From Cyanophora paradoxa CCMP329 (taxonomy: Eukaryota; Plantae; Glaucophyta): a DNA stretch of 64,000 nucleotides. The notes under the pieces were generated by a model. That model was not told the origin of the DNA. It ran no database searches and saw only the letters and a program-made list of their open reading frames with translations. Position 1 is the stretch's first letter. Each line of letters opens with the position of its first letter. Of this stretch, positions 48,481 to 60,462 are shown one piece after another. Position numbers and translations under genes: made by a program. Where the stretch lies: the NCBI GenBank assembly GCA_004431415.1, contig QPMI01000275.1, positions 10,072-74,071 on the forward strand. The letters are read 5' to 3'.

Positions 48481-48831
48481 CGCCTCGACCGACAGCCCAG
48501 GAACAGACCGGCGATCGCAAGCAAGCGAACAGACGCGGGCGAGGTGCGAGAGGCCGCTCGACTCGCACGGCCCGCGCGGCTCATTGCGCGATTTCAACGC
48601 CCGCTGACCGCCGGGGCTGCAGACCTGCCGGGAGCAGCGAGCGATGTCGGGCTCCTCGACGAGACGGCGTGCGGGGAAACGGGCCCGCGTCGAAGAGCCA
48701 GCTGCGCCCGCGTCGTCGTCCCCGCCAGCTGCGGCAGCTCCGACGATCGATACGTTGCCGGACGCGGTGATGAGCGACGTCTTCAAGGTCCTCGGACCGC
48801 GGGCGAGCTGGCCCCTGCGCGGCGTGTGCAG
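48481..48831 (+). repeat. 351-bp near-identical duplicate (5' flank plus F-box exon) of 52327-52677
   Basis: Ungapped alignment at a constant offset of 3846, with about ten substitutions by eye. Similarity ends at the exon-1 splice donor. Confidence 0.93.
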
Positions 48832-51035
48832 GTGCGCGCAGCGCGCCAGCTCGCCGCCGCTGTGCGTCTTAGCTAAACACGCGACGGATGGCAGGAGGTG
48901 GCGGCGGATACTGGAGGAGACGGAGTGGGCCAGCATCGATATCGATATCGACCTCAACACCGAAAACGCTTCCTACTTCTGCACCGCTCTGCCGGAAAGG
49001 AAGCTGCGGCTCAGCGACGGCGCGAGCGTCCGCTTCCGCTCGCGCCTCGAGAACGTTTGGTTCGATGGGGTGCACCAGAACAACCAGTTCAGAGTGACTG
49101 CGGCGTTGCGTCTCCTCGTCGCCATCGGAAGCAGCCGCAGCGGCCGGGCGCAGCCTCGGCGCGTGAGCGTCGAATTCGACGGCGAAGGCGAAGCATTCAT
49201 CGACCACTACCCTTCCGCCAACGCCGACGTCGTCGCTTCGTTCTCCTCCTACCTGCTCGGCGTCCTGTGGGCGCTGGCGCCGCAGGACGGCGCCGCCAGC
49301 GGACTGGAGAGCCTCAGCGTCGGCTTCCAGTGGCGGCGCTCGCCCTGCGATCCCGAGGGCGATGAAGAGCCGGAGCTTGCAGATGTGCTCGACAAGCTGC
49401 CGGCCGGCGAGGCGCCGTGGCCGGCGGGCCCCGACCTGCAGGCCGGCCTTGCGCCCTTTCGCGGCCTGCTCTCCCTTGCCCTCGTCTTCGACGACGTCCT
49501 CATGGGCGTCAGCCGCGAGGCCGCGACGGTCATCGCCGCCACCTGCCCCCTCCTCCGCTCCGTCTCGGTCAGCCTCCGCCCCTTCCGCGAGTCGTCCAAC
49601 GGAGTGCTGGCGGCGCTCGCCCGCCTCGCGCACCTCGAGGAGCTGGTCTTGGAGTGGCCTGACGGCGACGTATGCCCCCGCTCGCACGCGTTCGACGCAG
49701 AGGCCGGCCTCACGGCGCTCGCGGACGGCCCCGCCGGCCAGAGCCTGCGCCGCGTCGCCGCCCGGAGCCTACAAACGATCGCTGCCGCCAGCACAGCGCC
49801 CCCGCTGGCGTGCGCAATCCCGTCTGCAATACGCCCGGCTCCCGTCTCGAGCCCGCTGACGCCCGCCCGCGCCGGGCGCGCGCAGACCCGTCGCGTTCCC
49901 GACTCGATACGAGGACTGCGACTTCGAGCCGATCGCGCTGAGCGACGGCGTCCTTTGCGCGCTGGGCCGCATGCCTCGCCTCGAGTACGTCGAAGGCCTG
50001 AGGGTCCGTCCGCCTGGAAGTCTCCGGCGCCGCCTCGCCGCCCCCGCCGTCTGAATCTTCGCAGATCCGCGCGGACGAGGCGGGGCGCGCCGCCGCCGTC
50101 GCGCTCGGCCGCCTCGCGGGCCTGCGGGAGGCGCGCCTGGTGTTCAGAGCCGACAGCGAGGGCCAGGCCCAAGCTAGTGCCGCCCTGCGCGCCCTGGCCG
50201 AGACCGTCGCTGCGCTCCCGCGCCTGGAGGTCCTCGGCATGAGTCTCTCGGGTGCGCAGAGCTGCGCTGCGCGCCCGCCCTACAGGCGCGCCCCCTCATC
50301 CGCGCGCTCTTCGGCGGCAGCGGGGATCTCGAGCACGGGATCGGATGCGATCGTCGAGTTCCTCGCCAGCGCCGGCGTGCGGCGCGCCCTCACCGGCGTC
50401 CGCGTCGCGTTTCGTATGCACGACCTGGCGCGCGCGCGCGAGTTCGCGGCGGCCCTCTCCGGCCTGCCCCGCCTCGCGCGGCTGAGCCTCTATCTCTCCG
50501 GTGAGACGAAGCTCCTCGCCTCGCGCCGCTCCCGCCGCGCGCTTAAGCTTACGCCGCGCCTTGCATGAAACGCAGGCCCTCCGGATCCGGACGCGGCGGC
50601 TCTGATCGGAAGCGCGCACGTCGCCGCTGTGCTTGGGAGCCCCGGCGCGCGGCGCGCCCTCACGACGCTGTAACTCTCCATCGGCCGGCCTCTGACGGAG
50701 GCCGACGCGGAGGCGATCTTGGCGCTCCCGGCCCTCGAGCGCCTCGAGCTGTTCCTCGCGCTGTACGGGAGCGCGCCTGCCGAGACTCCCGTCCCTCTCC
50801 ACCCGTTCGAGGTGCCTTCCTGCCAGCCGGCCCCGCCCCGCCCCGTTAGCTTGCCTGGTCGCCCGCCCCGCCCCTACCGACCAACCGTACCCCCCGGCAG
50901 GTCCTTCGGCACGGCCTGCGCCCCGAGGTCGAGCTGGTCGCCCGCCTGTTCCTCCCGCTGGGGCCCGGGTGCGAGGCCGCGAAGGAGGCCGTGCGGGGTC
51001 TCTTCGCCGGCCGCCCGTCGTCTTGGGTGATCTGA
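48644..51035 (+). CDS. F-box / LRR-like protein, paralogue D
   Basis: IDTLPDAVMSDVFKVLGPRASWPLRGVCR|RWRRILEETEW, LESLSVGF, TCPLLRSVSV, LPRLEVLGM, LPALERLEL. Stop at 51035. Confidence 0.85.
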
Positions 51036-51355
51036 TACGATCCGACGGCCCCCCCCCCCCCCTTCTGACGGGCCCCTCCCGCTTTGCTCCCGCCCCTCCC
51101 CCCGCTCCTCTGTGCCCGCCCGAGGAGCCCCGCCTCGTACGCGTGTGATATCCATACACTCGAATGAGAGCGAGTCGGAAGCTCAAGCTTGGGCGAGGGA
51201 GCCGGGCCGGGGCCGGGGCCAGAAGCCGGCCGCGGGATCTGCCGCTGGCCCGACCGCAACTGCAGGCCGGGTTGGAGAGAACGGGACAGGGGCAAGCTTA
51301 TAATGAAGCTAAAGCTTTAGCGCCCGCCGGCGACCGCCACCACCCGCCCGCCCAC

Positions 51356-51389
<34 letters not shown>

Positions 51390-52489
51390 AGGCCGCTGCC
51401 GATGTCCCGAAGGCAAGAGAGCTTCGGGGCCCGTCGGCCGCCGGCCCCCGAAGCGCGGGCCGGGGGTACCCGCATCGAGGGCGACGGTCCGATCCAGCCC
51501 GCAGAGCGCGCGGCGGCGGCCCGCGCGGGACCCACCATCGGATTCGCCGTCCTCGGAAGGGGCGGGAGGAGAAACAACGGGGTCCTGGGGCGAAGGTCGG
51601 CGGCGGGGTGCGAGGGGGGTACAGGATTTTTCTATGATTACCCACGGGGTGCGGCACACCGTTCGAACGGGAATGACGCTGAGATTCCGAATATCGTATT
51701 CAAATCCTCGGGCCTCCGAGCCGCCGGGGTGGACGGGTACAGGGGGAAAACTGGCCGAGCCGAGCGTCAGGTGGCGCGAGGCTGCCAGAGGGCGGCGGGG
51801 CGGCCTTGGAAACGCACCTGGAGCATCGGAAGGAAGAGTACAGCCCCGTTGCAATATGCTTAGCGATGAGTGTCGTGGAGTTGGCTGAAGCGTCCGCGGG
51901 GCGGCGCAGAGCGGCGGAATGCGGGTTTGTTTTCAAGCTGAAGTCGTCAATGCACCGAGACACGTCTCAGGAACTGCGCATGCGCGGGACCGTATGAGAG
52001 CCCTGGCCTTGCGGGGGGGCAAGCTAAGCGCGCCCGCGCCGCCCGCGCCCGCTAAGCGACGGGCCCACCGGCCATAGCGACACGAGCATGTGCGGACCAT
52101 CACCAGCAGAATAGGCCCGCCGCGAACCGGGCTCACGCGGCCTTGCGCGGCCTTGCGTGAGGGCAAGCGCACCCGCGCCGTCCGACGAGTCACGACGTAG
52201 ACGGGCACGTCGACTCTACGTTGCGACACGAGCATGCGCTGCACCTCGCGTAGCACGGTGTTGCATGCATATGGGGCCGGTTGGGGCCAGTTGGGTTTTT
52301 CCCGGGGTACGATTGCCGGCCAGCATCGCCTCGACCGGCAGCCCAGGAACAGACCGGCGATCGCCAGCAAGCGAACAGACGCGGGCGAGGTGCGAGAGGC
52401 CGCTCGACTCGCACGGCCCGCGCGGCTCATTGCGCGACTTCAACGCCCGCTGACCGCCGGGGCTGCAGACCTGCCGGCAGCCGCGAGCG

Positions 52490-54676
52490 ATGTCGGGCTC
52501 CTCGACGAGACGGCGTGCGGGGAAACGGGCCCGCGTCGAAGAGCCAGCTGCGCCCGCGTCGTCGTCCCCGCCAGCTGCGGCAGCTCCGACGATCGATACG
52601 TTGCCGGACGCGGTGATGAGCGACATCTTCAAGGTCCTCGGGCCGCGGGCAAGCTGGCCCCTGCGCGGCGTTTGCAGGTCCGCGTCGCCCCGTCCCTAAG
52701 AGCCGCGCGCGGCGCTTCTCAGCTAAGCATGCGGCGGATCACAGGCGGTGGCGAGGGCTGATCCAGGGCACGGAGTGGACGTGGTTCGAGCTGGGAGCAC
52801 CGGTCAAGCGCAAACCTGGGACCGCGGCGAGCTCGAGCCGCGCGTACGGGAAGACCCGAAAGCAAGCCGGGCGCGCTGACGGCGAGCAAGCGTACAGCGC
52901 CGTGGCGGCGCTCTTCGACCGGCGAGTCCGCAAGCTGCGGCTCGCCGCGGGCGCCACCGTAGTGCTCAGGCCCGAGCTCGCCGAGTTCGGAGGCGTGAGG
53001 GCGGCGCGGCAGGGCCACCGGCGCACCGTCGCGGCGGCGTGCAGCCTCCTCGCGGCCATCACCCGCAGCCACAGCGGCCCCGCGCAGCCGGGCCACGTGA
53101 TCGTCGAGCTCCGCGGCGTCGACGAGCTCTTCTCCTTCCGAGGGGAGTCCGACGAGTGCTTCCTGGAGGCGTACGTGCTGGGCGTCCTGCGGGCCCTGCG
53201 GCCGCCCGACGGCTCCGCCAGCGCCCTGGAGGGCCTCAGCATCGGCTTCACGTGCGACAGCAGCGACAGCGACATGTCCGACGAGCGCATGGCGTGGCCC
53301 GAGGCGGCCGGGCTGCGGGCCGCCCTCACGCCCTTCGGCCGGCTGCGGGCCCTCGACCTCTTCGCGCGCAACTCGTTCGGCCTCATGCCGGACGACGCGG
53401 CCGCCCTCGCCGCCGCCTGCCCCCTCCTGAAGACGCTCCTCCTCGTCCCGAGCTTCGACTACGCCCCGCGGGTGCTGGCCGCCCTCGCGCCCCTCGCGCA
53501 CCTCGAGGAGCTTGCCGTCGCCTGGCCGTCGGAAGAGGTCGCCCAGTCCTCGGGCGTCGGCGGCGGCCTCGCGGCCCTCGCCGGCGGCCCGGCCGGCAAG
53601 AGCCTCGCGCGGCTCGTCTTCTTCGAGGAGGCCGCCCTGTTCAGGTGAGCCCGAGCTTAGAACTTAGCTTGCACTTGGCTGGCTTCGAGCTTGCTGACGC
53701 TGCGGTGGTGCCAGGGGGCCCGGGGGCGAGTTCCCCCTCCCGTCGAGCTCCTCGGGCCTCCCGGACTTGGCCTACGCGCCCCTCGCGAGCGCCGACCTGC
53801 TCGCGCTGGGCCGCATGCCCCGCCTCGAGCTCTTCCTCCCCCTCTTCGTGCGCGCGAAGGCCCCTCGGAATCCGCATCTCCTGATGCAGTTCGTGCAGTT
53901 CGACCCGGACGCGGTGGAGCCCGAGGCGGTACGCGCCCTGGGCGGCATGGCGGGCCTCCGCCAGGCCGTCCTCTGGGTCGTCCACGGCTCCGACGCCGCC
54001 CGCGCCGCGGCCGCCCTGCGCGCCCTGGGGGAGGCCCTCTCCGACCTCCCCAGCGGGCCGGGCCTCGAGATCGGTCTGATCCTGCAGATGTGGGGTGCGC
54101 GGGCCGAGCCTTGCCTAGTCAGCCCTGGCGGCCTCGGCTTAGCTTTGCTCTACTCCGCGCAGGCCACCCCACGAGCTCCGAGATGGTCGCCGGCCTCCTG
54201 GGGAGCCCCGGCGCGCGGCGGGCCCTCACGGCGCTGAACCTGAACCTCCGCCGGCCGCTGGAGGAGGCCGACGCGGAGGCGGTCCTGGCCCTCCCCGCCC
54301 TCCAGCGCCTCGAGCTCAGCTGCGCGCTCGAGCCCCCCGCGTCCCCCGAATCCCTGCGCCCCTTCGAGGTGCGCGCGGCCAGCAACCCCAACCCTCCCCT
54401 CGGTCCCAAACCCGTCCTTCGAATTCCTTCGATCCCGAACGCGCCCTCCCTTCGACCCCGAACCCGCCGCCCGCCTTCGATCCCGGCCCGACACGCGCGC
54501 GGGGCGGCCAGGTCCTGGCCCGCCTTCGCCCCGAGGTTGCCGTGGCGGTCCGCCTGGGGCCCGACCGCGACCGCGGGGCGGGGCGCGCGGAGCTCGAGGG
54601 GGCCGCGCTGAGGGCGGCCGAGGCCGAGGTGCGGCGCCTCTTTGCGGGCGGCCGCGATAGCCGGCGCGTGTCATGA
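52490..54676 (+). CDS. F-box / LRR-like protein, paralogue E
   Basis: IDTLPDAVMSDIFKVLGPRASWPLRGVCR|RWRGLIQGTEW, LEGLSIGF, ACPLLKTLLL, LPALQRLEL. Stop at 54676. Confidence 0.85.
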
Positions 54677-55748
54677 TCAGCACACAGCCCGCCCTCCTCC
54701 CTCCCCTCCCCCCCCTCCTCCCTCCGAGGCTCCCCCCCCCCCCCCCCCTCCCCCGCGCCCCCGCGGCCGGGTACGAGCTCGCCTCGCAGCGAGCTCGAGG
54801 GCCCACTGCTCGCGATCGAGGGCCCGCCTCGCCTACCGGTATACCCCCGGATTCTCTGGAACAAGCTGCCCGGCCCGGCGGCGCCGGCGCCGGCCGCGGC
54901 CGGCGCCGTGTACTAGTACGTATACATACTTAGTATACCGTTCCTTAGTAATCCTTAATTATCATCAGTATATTTTAATAACTAGGGTCACCGGGTAGTA
55001 GGTACTACGTAAATGTCGCAATTGCTGAATATCGAATATGATCAAATTACTGAATAATCAGCCTAGCTAGGCCTGGCAGTCAAATTACAATCAGCAGAAA
55101 TTGCGCATGCGCGCGTGATTGCGCGATCATGCAGTAATTGCACATGCATATATATGCGCGCGGTGCATGCCATGATGTACGGTAGATATCACCATTCATG
55201 CCCCGCGGCGCGCGCGCGGCGCCGGCCGCGGCCCGGCCGGCGGGCGCCGGGCGCTCCCGCGCGCCGCTCCGCGCGCGCCAGGCGCCGGCTCGCCGCCAGC
55301 GCCGGCGCCGGCGCCGCCGGCCGCGTGGGATAAATTAAATGCGTATATACGAATATTTTTGCACATATACCGAGGTACGTGGAGTACTAGCACCGTGTAC
55401 AGCTACGAGCCTCCAAGGTATACACGTGGGGTACTTTTCAGAAGTACTAGTACTTGAAACTTGAAAAAAGAAATTTAATTGCCATCACTGCACTGTACAT
55501 GTGGGGTACACACGTGGGGTACTTTTCAGAAGTACCATAGTACTTTGAAAATTAAACCTCCGCGCCGGCGCGGGGTCTTTGCCGGTACGATGCCGGTACG
55601 TCTAACGCGTATCAATCGCAATTTTAATGTTCAGAAAAGCTGAAAGTACGTGGTGGGAACTCCGATGCTCCTACTATCCTGCATGGTACGGTATGGGTAC
55701 ACTGCTTTCAGCCGGCCAGCATGGCGGCGCCGGCGCCGGCTAGCTATA

Positions 55749-56253
55749 TAGGGCTGTCGCGGTACGGCGCGGTAGCGGTAGACTGGTCCTACCGACCGGC
55801 CCGGTAGACTTGCCCGGTCTACCGTCATACAAGCCCGGTAGCCATACAAATTCGCCCGTTGGGGGGTAGCCGGGCGCGCCCCGGGCACCCGGACTCCCGG
55901 GCCTCCCGGCCGCCGGGCCGCCGCGCCGGGCCCGCGCACCGCCGCGCGCCGCACCGCCGGCGCCCGCGCCGCACATCACTCTGCGCCAAGCTTAAGGTCA
56001 TGGCTGACAACCACCCCGCACTTCCTCACAACTGGGGCTCCTCACCCCGCAAGCACAAGCTGTAGATGCGCAAAGTAGCGTGTAAACAGTTTAGGCGCGT
56101 AGCGCCTTGGAGCTTGACGAATTTTAGCTTGATTTTGCGTCAGTTTTCGCGTACTATGCGTGCCAGCCGTGACCTACCGGGCGTACCCGGTCGGTACGGG
56201 TCAGAGAGGTCTACCGACCGGGTAGAGGGGGGGGGTCTACCGTGACAGCCCTA
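55749..56253. mobile_element. hAT-like MITE (TIR TAGGGCTGTC(G/A)CGGTA)
   Basis: tagggctgtcgcggta at 55749 and taccgtgacagcccta ending at 56253. Many CTACCG/CGGTAG subterminal motifs. 8-bp gcgccggc flanks both sides (left copy offset by tagctata). Absent from the paralogous site near 61365. Confidence 0.8.
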
Positions 56254-56538
56254 GCGCCGGCGCCGGCGCTGGCGCCGGCGCCAGGCTCCGCCAGCACGGC
56301 CAGCTGCAGGCTGCAGCTGCAGCGGCGCGCACGTCGACAACTTGCTACTAGCCTATATATATAGCTACTAGCCTTGGACCACGCTCATCTCTTGAGTTTT
56401 CCGGCCGCGGTCCATCTTGCGTCCAGCTGCAGCCTGCAGCAGGCCTGGGGTCAGATTTCGAAGCGCGCGTGCATCCGAAGCAATCCCCCAGCCCAGTAGC
56501 AGCGCCCTATCTATCTTCTTTCGAATTCCCGGAGTCCG

Positions 56539-57859
56539 ATGGGCGCTACGATGTCTTCTTCCCAGCAAACGCGCATGAGCTCGAGGGTTTTCCCTTCCTC
56601 TCCGGAGCTCCCCTCGTCCGCTGCCGCAGCTGAGTGCAAGCTGATCGAAGTGGCGACCTCCGACTCCAGCCCCGTGAAGCAGCAGCCGCAGCCGTGCTCG
56701 CCTCCGCGGCCCCGGGAGCGTGCCGTGCGCGTCCATTTCGCTGTGGACGATGACGAGACGGATTCGAAGGCGAAGCCGGCCCCGGCCGACGCCCCCGAAC
56801 CCACCTGCAAGGTCCGAACCCGCGCGCGCGCCGGCCCTGACCTCCTGCACGTGCACGCGCGCGGCTGCCCGCGGCGCTCGCCTCACGCTCTCGCTCCCGG
56901 CAGGCGCAGTCTCCTTCTTGCCCTTCGATTTCGAGCGAGGAGGCGCAGTCGCAGGAGCTCGAGGCCCTTCTGAGCGAGGTCCGCCGGCGCCGGCCCGGCC
57001 CCGATATCGAGCCCCTCGAGCTCGCCCTGAACGCGATCGCCTCTCCTTCGCTCGCGCAGCTCTGGGCCGCGATCGTGAACGGCACCGCCAAGTCCGCCTC
57101 CTTCGTCTCCGCCGTCGATTTCGAGCACTACTCCGCATTCCACCTGGTGCGCCCCGGCCCCGGCCCGGCCTGGCCCGACTCCTCTCCCGCTCCCAGCACT
57201 AGTTCTCACCCCGCGCCCCGCCCCGCCCCGCGCAGGCCCTCTTCCGCGCGCTGCGGACGAAGTGGACGCGGGACGAGGCGGTGTCCCTGGCCCAGGCGGA
57301 CTGGCTGAGCGACTCGGTGCGGGAGGCGAGCGGGCAGTCGGTGGTCACGCGGCGGCACGTCCAGACGAGCCTCGTGAACCTGGCCCTGTGGTGGGCGTGC
57401 CCGGAGGACGGGGAGGCGCTGGAGCCGGCGGCGCGGGGCGCGTGGTGCCGCGACTTCCTCGCCGCGCTCCTCGCGTGCATCGGGCGCCGGGACGCGGCCT
57501 CCGGCGGCCTCGCCGTCGCGCCCTACCAGGAGGTCCCCGTCGGCTGCTGCGTGCGGGCCGCCCTCCGCCTCCGCAGGCGCATGCGCGCCGCCGCCGCCGC
57601 CTCGGACGGCTCCGACGGCGAGGCCTCCGACTCCTCCTCCGCCTCCTCCTCCGCCTCCTCCTCGTCCGCCAGCGAGCTCGAGCTCTCGTGGAGCGAGGCG
57701 GCGGCGCGGGCGATCCTCAGCAGCCTCGAGCGCCCGGACATGAAGGTCGAGGAGGGGCAGCGGCGCCTCTGGGACCGCACGCACCTCCGCCGCCACGCCC
57801 TCGCCAACCGCCTCCGCGGCCGCCTCCAGGCCGGCGCCGTCACGCTCCTCGACTTCTGA
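56539..57859 (+). CDS. Hypothetical three-exon protein (possible degenerate EF-hand-associated protist domain), intact copy
   Basis: ATG at 56539. Introns ~56812-56903 and ~57148-57235 join in frame: AVDFEHYSAFHL|ALFRALRTKWTRDEAVSLAQADWLSD...SLVNLALWW...RDFLAALLACI. Stop TGA at 57859. Confidence 0.65.
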
Positions 57860-58253
57860 GCGCGCCGGCCGGGCCCGGGCCCTCGAGGCTTGAAGTCGGG
57901 GCTCCCGCCCTTCGCGGCGGGAGGCCTCCTGTCCTAATAGCTATAGTATCGTTATCGTAACGTTTCCGAGTTAACAACCTTCGTGAATGATTTATAAAGC
58001 GCCAGCTTTGCGAGCTTCCGTAGTACGCTTAACTGATTTCACGCGTCTATAGCTAATTAAGTATACGTAATTATAATGTCCTGTAGCCTAGTAGCTACGA
58101 TATCACGATATCATGCAGGTTAAATATTAGACATGTATAGACGACTCGATATATGGCATAATGTTTCAACACTGCAGCTGCAGCCACGCATTCCAAGTAC
58201 TATGGTATTAATGAACGGAACAGGGACACTGCTGTCGCAATGGCCCTGTTGGA

Positions 58254-59792
58254 GGGGAAGGACCTCTAAGTTCTGAGCAGGAAAGGGCAGGTTTAGGTTA
58301 CAATTACGAAGTAGAGTCTGGATCACTAGCAGACCGCCGCGGCGCGCCCGACCCTGTGCAAGTGCGCCAAGTGCGGGCCGCGGGTGCAAGGGGGGGTACT
58401 TGTACACATTACAGGGGGGGGGGGGTCCAGAGAGGCGACTCGGCGAGGCGGGCGGGGTGGCGAGGCGGGCGGGTGGGATGGCGAGGCGGGCGGCGGCGGC
58501 GGCGGGCGGGAAAGCGGGAGGAGAGACAGGTGGCGCCGGGCCCTGAGCATAGCCTGCACATACGCACATCCGAGGCGTCAGCTCGCCCCGGACACAGGCC
58601 GTCGGGGGCAGCCGGGCCAGGTGCACAGCAGCAGCGGCGGGGCGAACCTGGAGTCGACGAAGCTGAAGCATCCGGCGGGCGGCGGGCGGGAAAGCGGGAT
58701 GAGCGGTAGGTGGCGCCGGGCCCTGCGCGTAGCCTGCGCATGGACAGGGCGGAGGCGTCAGCTGGCCCCGGACAGCGGCCGTGCGGGGGCGGGTGCGGGC
58801 CGGGGCCCAGCGGCAGCGGCCGGGTGAGATGCGTAGCATGCGCAGCATGCGCAGCGGCGGGGCGAACCTGGAGTCGACGAAGCTGAGGCGGCGCGCGGGG
58901 CGGCGGCCGCGGGCGGGGAAGTCGATCGAAGCGGGTGGAGCGGCAGCTCGAGCTCAGGGCCGAGGCGTCAGCGCGCCCTGGAGAGCGGCGGCGCGGGGTC
59001 GAGGCCCAGCCCGGCGCGGCGTACTAGGAGCAGTTGCGAATACTGCGACGCAGCTGCAGCCACCATCTCGGGTCGCTTGCCGCGCGCGGGTCAAGACGCA
59101 CGGGTCAAGACACGCAGTCGCGGCGATTGAAGGGCTAGAAAACGCCGAGCAGGAGTCTAGATGTGCTTGAACCGGAGTCCGTCAGAAAGCGAGCTCGAGA
59201 GCGTAGGCGCGCACCGGAACGCGGCGTCGCGGGCGCGCGAAGTGCTTCCGGATGCTAGCTAGAGCATCCGAAGTGCTTCCGAAGTGCTTGCTCCTCGACC
59301 CCGCGACCTCGTCCATCACAACACGACCCCGGTGACGCGTACCCGGTTCAGGCTTGATGGGGGCGGGGGAACCGGCCGCGGGCTGGGTACAGCAAAATAA
59401 TAGGCTCCAGGCTCTCAGGAGACTTTTTCTCGGGCGCCCGGTACAACAGGTACTTGAGGCGGCCTAGCGCGCCACCCTGTGCCCATCCGGTCTCGGCATG
59501 TATGACATGAATCGTCGGGCGCATCAGGCGCGTTAAGGCGCACTTGGTCCGGCAGATATATCGCCTGTTGGTGAGGCGCTATATCACATTTTCGTAAAAT
59601 GTGTTATTCCCCATTCCTGATCCACCCGACGGAATCTGGATCTCCCAGAACACGTCTCCAGACTCCTAGGGACATGCCTTGCTAGGATCCGGCGAGAAAT
59701 CCCGGTTTTTGGGAGGTCGGGACATTTCATTTTGGCCTAGGGTGGGCACCCGAACATCCCCAAGTGGGGGAAGGGGAAGGGGGTCCTTCCCC
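58254..59792. mobile_element. Non-autonomous TIR element (GGGGAAGGACC...GGTCCTTCCCC) with internal repeated exon-like segments
   Basis: 11-bp TIRs. The whole 58213-59795 segment is missing from the duplicated copy at 63280-63283 (AAT junction). Internal direct repeats at 58504/58684 and 58633/58854. Confidence 0.7.
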
Positions 59793-60279
59793 AATTACTG
59801 CGTATACATGTGAACAATTTGAATTCGAATCGATCCAAGCAAATATTCAATCCATGGCCAATGACCAGGTTGGGGGCCTGGGTCTTTGGATCCGATCCGA
59901 TGATCATGATCGGAATGCGACGAACGGCTATGGGCGTGCCGCGCGCGCGCGCAGGGCACACTGTGACAGCCGCTGCGATGTCGATGTTGCAATTGACGGG
60001 CCGGGGCGGGCGGCCGCGGGGGGGCCGGGGGCCGGTCCGGGGGGGGAGGGGGGGGGATCCGGAGGGGGAGGCGGCCGCGGGTCCCCGGCGCGGGATTGAT
60101 GTGCGGCCGGGGCCGGCCGGGCCGTGCCAGCGAACGTTTTAACGGCGCGCGGTGGGCGTGCACAGCCGCTGCGACGTTGACGGGCCGGCCGGGGCGGGAT
60201 CGGCCCCGGGGGGCGCCGGCCGGGCCGGGCAGGGGGCGCGCGCGGCGCGGGGAGGGGGCCGGGGAGGGGCCGCGGGCCG

Positions 60280-60462
60280 GGGGGGCGGGGGGGTGGCGGG
60301 GGGGGGGGGCCGCCGGGGGGTGGGGGGGGGGGTGGGGGGGGGGGGGCCGCGCCGCGGGGGGGGGGGGGGAAGGGGGGGGGGAAAGGGGAGGAGGGGAGCT
60401 CGAGGAGGGAGGGTACCGGACCGGTACCGGTGGGGCGGGGGGGAGGGGAGGGCTGGGGGGCC
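60280..60462 (+). repeat. Poly-G-rich low-complexity tract (G-quadruplex-prone)
   Basis: Many runs of 6-14 G. Confidence 0.85.

Noticed and set aside
51164-52330. Possible gene between F-box paralogues D and E, including a (CCG)n tract
   Set aside because: No recognisable domain or consistent exon chain could be built.
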